From Chrysomallon squamiferum (Eukaryota; Animalia; Mollusca), in assembly GCA_012295275.1 (NCBI GenBank), contig CM022672.1:17174001-17238000 (forward strand): a DNA stretch of 64,000 nucleotides, written 5' to 3'. Under the pieces are notes generated by a model. The model saw only the letters and a list, made by a program, of their open reading frames with translations. It had not been told where the DNA came from and did no database searches. Positions 40,901 through 53,233 of the stretch are shown here, one piece after another; within the stretch, counting starts at the first letter, position 1; each line of letters opens with the position of its first letter. The position numbers and the translations under genes are program-made.

Positions 40901-41629
40901 TATCAAAGTGATTTAAATAATTCATTTGATGACATACATATAATTATGGCCTAAATACACTTTGCACATTTCCATATTACTGGTTTATTTTATTGCTGAT
41001 CCAATCATGGCTAGTAATAAATATCACACCAACAGCTAAAATAAAAAAATAAAAAAAATAATAAAAAATGCATTTAAGAATCCATGGTCAGATGGTGACT
41101 TATATTTTCCTTTTTCTATAATAAAAGATTGTAATGAATCAATACAAAGTTGCCATATCATGGAATTCATTTTACATTTTTATTTAGAAAATGTCATTCT
41201 GAAAGGAAAAAAATGTCAGTCATAAGCTTGTGGGTTTATTTAATCTTTTTATTACTATTTATTTATTTATTTATTTTATTTTATTTTATTTTAGATGCCG
41301 TTATTACTTTTGTTAACCAATACAGAAAACCAAAATAAGATGATAATCTTCAAAACACTCTCCTCTGTCATGCATGTAATTTATATTCAAATAAAAAAAT
41401 AAAAATAAAAATAAAAAATCACCCTCATTACACTTTATTATCCACATTTATAAGTATGTTTTGACTTTTTGTTTATTTTGTACAACTTTTTATATTTCGA
41501 CTCATATTCAAACATTTAAAAAAAAAAAAAAAAATTAAAAATGTATATTTTTTAATCTTTTATTTATTTATTTATTTATTTATTATTCCATCCTCTCTTA
41601 AGGTTGAACACTTAACATTTTCTTTGGGT

Positions 41630-42123
41630 TGATATCGTTTCTAAATGTCATCCCAGTAAACCTACGAGGATGACACCACTGAGATTTCTAAAACCCTTCA
41701 AATCGTGCTATGTACAAGTAGTCTAGTCAGCTGCCATGTGACCCACAAATTATTAATATGGGTTGATGGAGCTAGACCTCGTGTACTTTCTGAACGGAAC
41801 TGCGTCTATGACAAAAAGAACTCTTTCCGATTGTTTTTACCGGTGTGTTTTTACCGGTGTGTTGCACGTAATTGTCGTATTACGTAAACTGCACTTCCAT
41901 TGGATAAATTCCGAAGAAGGGCCAATGAAAACGACGGTAACACATGGCTATAATTCTCACATGGTGCTCTTGGTCCACTACTGATTAGACGATTTTTTCA
42001 ATTTTGGGGATGTTTTATAATTTATATTATTTTATGATCGATTTATTAATACATACTTATAAAAGACGTGTACCTTTCAAAGTGGAAATTATAGAATATT
42101 ATTCTCCGACTAATCGATCAACA
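41630..42123 (+). promoter_or_regulatory. CpG-rich promoter and non-coding first exon of the GPAT gene
   Basis: CpG returns abruptly between two depleted regions. Tandem TGTTTTTACCGGTG x2 at 41832-41859. Donor CA|GTAAGT at 42123/42124. Acceptor ttgttag at 42955, 6 nt before the ATG. Confidence 0.55.
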
Positions 42124-42846
42124 GTAAGTACGAATAAAAATTAAACTTTAATTCACATCACAAGTATTACGAAGTAATGAAGTATTAGTTTATGATGAAA
42201 TATTAAAATGCAGTACTTGCGAAATCTCACTGATTTACTAACTAAAGTTGAAAGCACAGAAACATTACTTAAAATCACATAAAATCAGCCTAACTATATC
42301 TTAGATTTCGTCCCACAATACAGATACTGATATACTCAGAAATTTGACATTGGAAACGTGACAAAATTATACACAACTGGTAAAATATGGCTATTGTTAA
42401 TAAATAATAATCATTAGAATGCAGATGAATATCACACTTGTATTTTCAGTTCCACTGGCCTGAACAACGAAATTATTGTTGTTGTGGGGTTTTTTGGAGG
42501 GGGGGTACGTCCACGAAACTTGGCTTCGAAGTTTGTTTACACTGTTTACAGCATAATGCATTATAATCTTAATAAAATCCTGGAAATTCTCGTGCTACGT
42601 ATTGTTTCTTACTAATGTAAAAAATACATTTTCTTGTGTATAATTCCAAAATCAGACATTTGTTTTTCTTTTTATGCAGCTTTAAGTTAAATAAAATAAA
42701 AACATGAGTGACGTATAATATCTTATTACCATATATATATTTTTATTAATATTCTCTATGTTAATACAATTTGAAACCATATACTGATCATTATTATTAT
42801 TATTGTTATTGTTACTGTTAGTGTTATTCTGATTATTATTCTGATA

Positions 42847-42879
<33 letters not shown>

Positions 42880-42961
42880 GCAGCTCATCAATATGATATA
42901 TGATATCCCAAGCTGATGGTTTCCCAGAATCTTTTTTAAGTAATTACATTGTTAGAAAATA

Positions 42962-45900
42962 ATGGAGGACAATTTAGATACAGGGCCATGTGTTGTTCCT
43001 GGCATGGCTCGATTACCAGGCAGGCGAAACTTCAAAAGAAGAGAAAAAAACAAAAATACATATTTTGATCAGGTACATTATTATTACTATTTTTTTTATT
43101 TTTTTTCTGGCTTTTGTTTTTCTTTTTGTTTATGGCATCTGTATAAATATGAATGCATTTGATTTTAAATAAAAACATTTTTTTTTTTTTTTTTTTTGAG
43201 ATAAATGAGAAAAATTAATAATATTTTAATTATCTGTCATTCTGTAATTAAAAATATTTTAAATGTCTTTTTTTTAAATTATTTAAAAAAACTATATATG
43301 TACACATGTAATGTGTTGTTATACTGAATATTTTCAGTTCCTAGGTAGTAATTTGTAAATGTATTAATTAAAAGATTATTTCAAGACTGATATCATATGA
43401 ATGTGTTGAAATTATATTTTGATATGACATTCTTAAAACGTATTAATAAAAATGGTGCTCTCTCTCTCTCTTTTTTTAATTGTTAGATAAACACCAGAGT
43501 CATTGCATCTTTCAAAACCAATCCTTCATATCGAGCAGATAATTTCATTGTGAATCGTCCTCTCATGGGTCAGTGCTGTCACTGTCTTCCAATCAGTCAG
43601 GTATGTTGAATACTAGCATCCAGGATTCATATCTAATGCCTTATGGTTCATGGAAAAAAAGCTTGTTTTCTTCAAAAATTATATCATGTCAGAATTTATC
43701 AGTTTCTGGATATCTAAAAGTTGATGAAAGTAATTTTATGAATGCATTTTAATCTGTGATGCTGTTAAAGTATATCTCTGATGATGACATGAAATAGCTA
43801 AATATATTCTTACTACTTCCAAGTTAAATTTTATAAGTTGATATGTTCTTGTTTTTTTTAATTATTTAAAAAAATATATCTTTTATATCATCCAATCTTA
43901 ATAACTAAATATAACAATAAAACAATGCAGTTTAAAACACACATTCCATGCAGGACAAACTGATATGGATCTGGTTTTATCTGATATTGTTGCTCAAAAA
44001 TACAGCCATTAAGGATAATGATGATATGACTCCAGTTTTAAAGAGTTAAAATTGATGCTAGGTTGTTCAAAACAATAATATAAATATACTTTCAGTTAAA
44101 CAGATATGTTGTTAAATGATTGTAAATAAAATAATGGTGTTATGGCAATAACAAAATAAAACATCAAGGTAATTTAAATAACCGATTTTATTATTCATTC
44201 AGTATACACTGACTAGTGTGTCAGAGCACATACATAGCTGCATTGTACAGGTAAACGTTTCTGGGAAATGTAATAATGTCCTTTTGTTGCATTCTGTAAA
44301 ATAAAAATTGAACATGAAATACACTATTCTGAAGAATGACTAAAGATTGTTTTCCTTTTTTTCTTTATTGTTATTCAAACATTTTGTTTTTACTTATTTC
44401 TTCAGTATATATTAGTAACATTTAATTTATTTTATTTTTTTATTAATGTTATTCAAATTTTTATATATTTTTTACTTATTTACTTATTTCTTCATTATAA
44501 ATTAGTAACATTTAATTTTTTTTTTTCAGAGAGAACTTGTCACTAGCTATATTGGTGATGCTGGTATGAGGAACATTTTTGATGTGAAGTCTGAACTTCG
44601 CTCAAAGAGACTGCTCATCAATTCATTCTCCTGTTTCGTTTATGCTATTACCAGATCCAGCCAAAAGAAATACCCAGACATTTCATCAGTTGTGTTAAAA
44701 AATGAAAAGTATTTATTTAATTTTTTTTAAACTGTCTTTTTTTTGTTTTTCATATATCCACAAAGTACATTCTCTGTATTTGTTAGTTTCATCTGCTGAA
44801 TATTCACAAACTCCTGATGACATTTTTTTTTATTGACATTAGATATTTTTTTTACCTTCTTTATTTATTTTATTGTTTAGGCTGAATTAGGCATAAACAT
44901 TCATTGTTCATTACTTTTATGTTTTAAAATAATAAAAAATGCTTTAAAATATATTCTTCATTTAAGAAATTTTGCATAGCATTCTAATTTTATGAGGATT
45001 TATATTTTTCAGAGTTATAGAAGCTATAGAGAAAACTGCATCAGATGAACTCAATAATTCCAGTAAGTTCATAAATTATCTCTTTAACATTCTTAAAAAT
45101 ACTTTTGTTCAAGTGCACATTTGTATATAACATGAGAAATTTATTTTAGATATTTGTTTTTAGATATCTTGCTCATTTTGTTCAACAACTATTAAGTAGT
45201 AACGTCTTACATCAAAATCAAATTCTGTGTAATTACTTTTTAGTGGAATAATAATAATTTTATATTTTGTTAACAATTATTTAGGATTTCTTTCTTTTAA
45301 AAACTAAAAATTAAATCTTTAACTCAATCATGTCAATGCAAAAATTTTGCTCATTAATTAACAAAGATTACATTCAACTGATACTATTTTATTTTATTTT
45401 ATATATTATAATGACTGTTACTGCAATGTTTATTTTAAAAAATATCTGTTTTCTTGTTATTTTTTTCTAGATCCAACTGCAAAACAATATGCTGAAAGTT
45501 TAGCTCGATGCAAGAAAAGAGCAAAAAAATATCTGAAGAAAATGAAAGCATCTATATCCACAGCATTGATAGGGTATGTATGTGAAAGTGAATGACGGAT
45601 TAGAAGGTACCTCCTAGTATTTTGGAATTAACCAAATTTAAAAACCCATAAAATGGATGTGAAAACCCTGTGAACTGTTTTAGCATTCATTTAGCTTGAT
45701 TTCAGCCCATTACACTTCTGTTTTTCAGTCGGACATACAAGACATTAAAACGATTGATACACAACAAGGATCCACTGTTTGGGTTAGTTTTCTAGACCAT
45801 GTAAAATCTACAGTCAGTCAGACTGTAGTAGACTGCTGTATGTCTCGTTTCCTCACAAAAGCATCAAGTGCACGTCATGTAACAGTTTGCACTTACTGCT

Positions 45901-48900
45901 CTGTCTTTGTATATTGATTGTTAATATCACAGACAAACATATATTTACTATTTTTATTGGTTTATTGCAGATTTACTGGCTGGTTTTTGCTGAAATTTCT
46001 CAGTAGATTTCTGCGTACCATTCAGGTTCATAAAAACCAGATAAAGATGCTGCAAGATACTGCCAAGGTAAGATTTCAAACTTTTTCTGATTATGGCTTA
46101 TAGGGAATAATAGCTTGAGGACAGGATCCAAGTATTAAAAAAAAATCTGTTTATACTTAATTTACAGTTTATGCACATAACATGTTAGATCTGGTAAAAT
46201 TCAACTCAGTCAGTTTGTACCACATTTTTGTTCAGTTTAAAGCAAGGCATGAATGATGACAGGGTGGTCATTTTGGATTTAAAATTATCATTTTCATTTT
46301 GTGTTAAAAACTAACATTGGGGTTATTTATCTTTTCAGAAAGGAGTTCCAGTTATCTATCTTCCTCTTCATAAAAGTCATCTGGACTACATACTGGTAAC
46401 ATTCATCCTTTGGAACATCAACGTAAGAGCACCATATGTTGCTGCTGGTGAAAATCTAGATATTCCTTTCTTTGGGCAAGTATAATTCTTGAAAGTTTAC
46501 AACCTGAGCTTGTTCTGCATATTTTGTTATACAGACAGAACAATATTCCAGTGAGTTGTAATTATTTCCTTGTAATGAGCCAGTAATAGCAAAATAGTAT
46601 ATAGCACTTCTTAGAGTTTTTTTATAAGTTTTTTAAGTTCTCTAATATTACATGATGAAATCTTCCTTAATCTGTTATTTAATTCAACACATAATAGCAG
46701 TGTGGTTTATAAATAAGCAAACTGGAATATATCCTTGTGTTTTAATTCACGAAATGTTAGACTATGGAGACAGCAGATTCCTGAATTAAGTCCTTGACAT
46801 TTATACAGATACAAGGTCCTTGAAAATTGGAATATTTGTCCTTCAGAAATAAGTCTCTACTTTCAATCTTGTATGTACAAAAGTTAAAATAATACCATCA
46901 TAATTCTAATTTATCAATTATATTTTAAATACATTGTTATTTTTTTTTTATTTCAGTGCCCTAATGAAAGGTTTAGGTGGATTTTTTATTCGAAGAAAAC
47001 TGGATAGGATACCTGAGAAAAAAGATATTATTTACAGAAAACTCCTTCAAGTGGTATGTTAAACTGAATTATATTTTATTTAAAGTCTATTACAGCACCA
47101 AACATATATTATGAATGTATAATTCAGATGTATTATTTCATTATGTGTAATTTTAAACCAAAATGTCTCATGACTGCAAACTATTTGGCAAAAATTGGTA
47201 TGAAAAATTAATATCTAAACATATTAAAAGTAATATTTATATTGTATACATAATTATTTGTTTAATATTTTTTTTATCATTATTAGTTTTCATTATTTGT
47301 TTATTAAATAGTCTTGTTATGTGTTGTTTGGCATTTTTTTTTATGTTTCTCTTCTCTTTATTATAGTACATGCGAGAACTGCTGAAGAGAGGTGAACCTT
47401 TCGAGTTCTTTATTGAAGGAGGACGGACTCGCTCTGGTAAAGCCATGATACCCAAAGCTGGTCTTCTGTCAGTTGTTGTTGATGCTTGCATTGATGGTTA
47501 GTTATCAGCACATTCTCTGTATTTTTTTTTTTTTTCTAGTCTTCTTTATAACTTGTTTGTTTATTTTATTTTGTATTTATAATTTTTTTTTTTATTCCAT
47601 TTTTTTTTTTTATTATTATTATTTTAGTTGTTTAATGTTACATTTATTTGACTAAGTTTTAAAGATACATTTTACTGTTGGCTAATAGTTGTATTTGGAG
47701 ATTGATGTATTTTGATATCTTTAATATTTGAACAAGTTCATTTAAAAGTATAGTTAAAAGTGTGTTTATATTTCTTTGCTCAGAGAATAGATGATAAACA
47801 TGGATGTTTCATAAATATTTGAATCTATTTTACAATTTTGATGTTTGAATTAACCAAATGCTGAAAAAAAAATTGGTAATAATTATTAATCCACAGTTCT
47901 ACATTCTATAATAATATTTTTATTTATTTTTGAATATTTCAGGTTTTGTCCCTGATGCATATATTATTCCATTAAGCATCAGTTATGAAAGATTGGTGGA
48001 TGGTAATTTCTGCAGGGAACAAATGGTATGTCAACTTTAAATTTCCTATCAATATAACCTTTCATGTACACTTCCTGTGAATCTATCTAATCATGGCACA
48101 TGTTCATTAGTTTGGGCACATTTCTACTTCCATAATATTAATTTTTTTTGCATTAATTGTTGTTTTCTCCTGAAATGTCATATCAAGAATAAGCAGTAGT
48201 TTTCCATTAAGACACACAATTCCTGGTTGCATTTATAACATTTGTCAGTTTAGGCACATTTCAGTAAAAAAAAATGTTTAAAGTGAAAATTTAACCTGGT
48301 TCAGAACATGCATTTATCCTCAGAACATGCATTTATCCTCAGAACATGCATTTATCCTCAGCAGTGATGAAGTTATTATTTTGCCCAGTTTAGCTTTAAA
48401 CATTTGTTGATAGAGAGAGAGAGAGAAAAAAAAACCCATTGAAATTTAATATTTTCTTATGACATAAGGTTAGAAAGAAATTGTATATTTTTAAAATATT
48501 TTTAGAATTTAAACATGATACCAAAATGAAACTAATAAAATAATATGAAATGATGTGTTACATATTTATTTTAGAATGAAATTTATTTTTTTAGGGTGAA
48601 CCAAAGGTGTCTGAAACATTTTTCGGGGCAGTTAAAGGCATCTTGAAAGTTATCTGTGGAAACTTTGGAAGTGTTAGAATTGATTTCTGTCAGCCATTTT
48701 CCATAAAGGTAAATGCTTATTTCAGTACAAATAATTTTATTTTATTTTTTTTTTTTGGTCACTGTTGCAAATTTGAAATACTTTTTGCACATTCATAGGT
48801 TACATATTTCATGTTTATGATCTGTTTGTTCCAAAAATTTACTAAATGAAGTAAATGTTTAAAAACTTTCCTCACTGGTGATTTTTTTTTTTTTTTTTTT

Positions 48901-51900
48901 GAATTAGAATGCTCCATACTTCTTTAGTCAATATGAAAAATGTGAATAAATTGTAGGAATATATCCAAAACAATCCAGCAGTTGTGGGGAAACCATTATC
49001 ACCAACATCATCTTCTGGTGACTTTTCTCCAACAATGAATGGTGAGCCTTTGTCCTCATCTTCAAGAATCAGTCTGCAGTTTGAAAGTTCTGAACACTGT
49101 CGCAGACTCGTCAAAGGACTAGCATTTCACGTAGTACATGGTGAGTATTGATTGACTTCCATTTTTAAAACAGCTTTTTGTCCTTGATAAATAAAAAGGG
49201 AGTGAAGAGAATGGAGATAAAAAGATCAACCCTTTTCATAGTGAAATGGATTTAAGTACTTAAATTATAAATAAAAAAAGATGAAAGGAGATAAAGATAA
49301 AGCAGCTCTTTTTTTAAACATATAAATAAGACGTGGAAGTTTATATTTATGGATGGGTTTAAATAATAGAAAAAGTTAATATTCCAGTTTCTTTCAAATC
49401 TTGTGAATAAAAAATAAATATTAAAAAAAGGAAATTTTAGTGTGAAAAATAAGCAGAAGCATTTTTATTATAAATTAAATAAATAGAAATATGAGTTTAA
49501 TTGTAATGCATTGAAACAAATGTGTTTTCACGTTTTATCACTATAATATCTTTTATTTTATTTTATTATATGTTCAAAAATTCATATTTCTTTTATTTTT
49601 ATTTTTTCATACAGTTTTCTATTTTATGAATTTCAAATATTAATTAATTTAATAATAAAAAGTGTTTTATAAATTTACTGAGAGTAACTTCAGCCAATTT
49701 GCCTGTTACAGATGCTGTCCATTCCACAGCTGTGATGTGCACAAACATGTTGGCTTTTCTCTTGCTGACAAAGTTCAGACAGGTAAGAAGGAAATATTTG
49801 TGTAACAATCATTGCATTATAGTCTTTTAATAACTATTAGTTGTTAAACATGACTGAAGTAAGCACATAGAGCCTCTACTGCTTTGGTTCCTATTCTTAC
49901 AAGCAAAGAATGTTTTACATGATCTTCTCCCAGAATAGGGAAGCACACAGCCATGTTGTCATTTGATAAACAAGCTGAAGAGCAGTAGTTTTAATAGAAA
50001 TAAAATCAGTGCAGTTTGACTGGACTACACCTAAAGCATATCTGCATTGTAGCAGATTTCTGTTTTTCTCATGTAAATGTGTAAAAATACTGATTTGTGA
50101 AATGTGATGTCTTCTTGGTGCCTCATCTAAAATGATATATTCAGTGTAAACTGTCTGTACTTGTTCCTTAAAAAAATTAGGATGGTGATATTTATTTAAA
50201 ATTTAGTCATTTATAAATTGCTAAAATATTTAAATGAACATAACTGTTAAAAATGTTTTTGTTTTTTTTTCAGTTAGAATGGAAAAAATTTGACCTTATG
50301 AAGTTATCAGTACTAATTTTTTGTTATTTCAGATATCCATTCTGCTGCAATCTCTTTATACCGATCAGCACTTCGATTCATTAAAACCTATATTAATACA
50401 AATAATTATCTACTAATTCATATTTTGCAGGGTGCAGGATTTTCTGAAGTTGTAAAAAGTTTCACATGGCTGCGTGAAGAACTAAAGATGCGCAAGAGAG
50501 ATGTAGGTTTCTGTGGAAAGAATGAAGAAGTAGTTGAATATGCCTGTGATATTCTTGGTGAAAACCTTGTTTGTATCAGGTTAGTGTTCTGTAAATTAAA
50601 GGTATTTTCATCTTTCTGTAGTCAGGAGATTAAATCATAGTAAACCATATAAACATATTATAATCAGTCTGGATGATTAAACAGTAAATAGAAGGATTAG
50701 AGTTTAAATTGAAATTGCTTTATATTTGGAGGGGTGTTTGTTTACATTCCAAATTTTGTATTTAGTTTTATTATTTTTAAATATTTTATGTTATTTATTT
50801 TTCTTACTTTGTACATATGGTTTTTTTTTTCATTTGCTCACCCTCCCTCCCCAGAATAACTTTTACACATGAACAAATCTTTAATAATTACATATGTTGT
50901 TCTGTAATAATTATATCTATATTTTATTTCAGGGCTGGTGAAACTGGTGTAAGAATCATTCCAAACATTTCACTTCCTTATGTTTTGGAGCTCAGTTACT
51001 ATAGTAACAGTGTCATATCTGCTTTTCTTCTTGACAGCATTTTAGGTAGGTTTGTTTCTTAATGCTTACTGCTGTTTTTGATTTGAAAAGATGAATTGAA
51101 AAAATATAAAACCAAATGTTAGAACAAGAAAAGTTTGGGTAAATTGTTGTTATTTATATAAACTTGTTACATGTGTATTTAAACAGCAACAAAATTGTTT
51201 GATAAAAAGTAAGCAAACATAATCAAACTTATTGAGTGTAAATTCTAAAGACGAACAATAAATAATTTAAAATTGATAAAAGAATTTGTTATAAAATATC
51301 ATCATCATTCATAGATTACTAAAATGTTAAATATACTCTGATAAATTGAATTTAATAAATTGAATTATTTCACAGTTATTCAGTAAATATTATTTTATGA
51401 TCACAGTGAATGCAGTGCTCTATGTTGGAAATATCTGCTTGCCAACTGTAGTTGAGTATGAATGTGAGGACATTTTGTTTACCGAGAGGACATTTTAAAG
51501 ACAGCTGGACAGCTCTGCAGACTTCTACAGTATGAGTTCATTTTTGTTCCGGTGAGTAATTTTACTAATAATGAATTTTAATAAAAACAATATATTTATT
51601 TAATAACTAGATTTATTTCTGGTATTTAAAGATATGTACATGAATCAATAACCATGTGCATTTGAACTGAATTAATCAGTACATCTAAATCAGAAAATAT
51701 CAAGATCATTTAGATGAATTTTATTTGGTGGATGGTAATATCCAGTAGCCTTTCCAGCACTTCTGGGAATATCCAGATATTGTTTACAGATATTTTTTCT
51801 TGTATTTTAAAGCCTTGTGTTAAGCTCATGGATGTACTGACTGAAACCCTTGACCATCTGGTTTCCGTGGAGATACTTAGTATGGATGAAAATGATTTAG

Positions 51901-53233
51901 ATGCAGAGTATAGTCCGTTTGATCATGAGTGGACAAAACGTCTTTCTGCTGCTGTTTCATGGCTGGATGAAGATGAAGAAGCAGAAGAAGATGCTTACAT
52001 CAGAGAGAAACCACTGAAGGTTAATGGCCATGTTGTTTTCATCATTTCATACGTTTACTAAAATAACTTCTGCTCTATAAAATATAAAAAGCAGACAAAA
52101 AAAAAAAAATACAGTAGCTACTTATAAATATGAAACTCCTAAGTTTTGTTTTTATGATACTAATAATTAATTATTATTTAATATTTTTATAAATTACTTC
52201 TTGAATTGCCTAGAGTGGGTTTTTTTTTTTTTGACTTTCTGGGCTCTTTTTAACATTTTAAATAAATGATGAGCACTGTGTCAGTTTTATGTGTCAGGGA
52301 ACATTAAAAGAGTGTTTGAAATTATTCTTTTTTATTTGACAGGTGAACATGTGTCAGGCTGAGTGTAAAACAAAACTAAAGTTCTTTCATCAAGTGTTAG
52401 CACCAATACTAGAGACATATCTTATTACAGCATATCACATTTCTCAGAACCTAGATAATGAGATTCCAGGTCAGTATCTTTGACAGGTTATTTTATCTTT
52501 TTTTGAGAGCCAGAGAGAAGAGATGGATGAAAAGGAGAGTAGGTGAATAAGTGAATGTATTTATGCATGTGAGTGCTTTTCAAAACAGACATGTCATTTT
52601 TGATTTCAGTGTTGATTGATCATTAAATGATATTTCAAAATATTTATTCCTTTTTATTGTAGAAACAGATTTTCTGAAACAACTCTGTTCATTAGCCAGA
52701 GAAAAGGATCGATTCATATATGGTAATTAATTTTATATTATATTATATATTATATGAGATATTTTTACCCTAAATAAATAATAGTATTCTCATAGTATTC
52801 TGAAGAGAACTCTGTGTGTTTGTGTCTTTGTTTGTATGCATATTTCAATAACATGACAAATTTTTATTTCTTTTTCCTGACTATCAAATAATAATCATAG
52901 TAATAGTTACCTTTTCATTCATAAAAAATCTATTCTTAACTATTACTTATAGTTACAGATTATGATAAGATGTCATAAATACTTTTAACCTAGTAAAACT
53001 GACAGATAAATATTTGATCTTTCATAATTTACAATTATTAATGTGTATATTATTATTGTTTAGCTGAAAGTGCTGCTATGGAGACCCTGAAGAATTCTCT
53101 GAAATCCTATGAAGACATTGGTGTAATTGAGAACTATTCTGCAGGCAATCTTTGTATGGTTGGTCCTACTGACAACACTCAGAGCAAGGATGATTTGGCC
53201 CACTACATTGATATTCTAGAAGTTCTGAAATAA
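42962..53233 (+). CDS. GPAM: Glycerol-3-phosphate acyltransferase 1, mitochondrial type (about 813 aa if the frame break is corrected)
   Basis: Coding exons 42962-43072, 43487-43600, 44530-44708, 45013-45062, 45471-45573, 45971-46067, 46339-46475 (GC donor), 46957-47053, 47367-47496, 47943-48025, 48595-48708, 48957-49140, 49712-49782, 50431-50579, 50933-51045, 51407-51551 (1 nt short), 51813-52019, 52343-52469, 52663-52722, 53064-53233. Acyltransferase motifs HKSHLDY, GGFFIRR, FIEGGRTRSGK and IIPLSISYE. GPAT1-type N-terminal RPLMGQCCHC and C-terminal LELSYYSN. Confidence 0.93.
44368..44520. repeat. Imperfect tandem duplication (about 80 bp) upstream of a GPAT acceptor
   Basis: TGTTATTCAAA...TTACTTATTTCTTCA...ATTAGTAACATTTAATTT occurs twice. 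Confidence 0.7.
48301..48361. repeat. 19-bp minisatellite, 3.2 perfect copies
   Basis: TCAGAACATGCATTTATCC x3 plus TCAG, intronic. Confidence 0.9.

Noticed and set aside
40647-40925. 92-aa minus-strand ORF
   Set aside because: No recognisable domain, AT-biased composition, and no splice context.
43722-43782. C/D-box-like TGATGA...CTGA in a GPAT intron
   Set aside because: No terminal stem or recognisable rRNA guide; these motifs are frequent by chance here.
47407-47441. GPAT motif III reads FIEGGRTR rather than mammalian FLEGTRSR
   Set aside because: The EGGR variant also occurs in bacterial PlsB, so it is not evidence of altered function.
48301-48361. Regular 19-bp repeats as a CRISPR-like array
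   Set aside because: Head-to-tail with no spacers, in a eukaryotic intron; an ordinary minisatellite.
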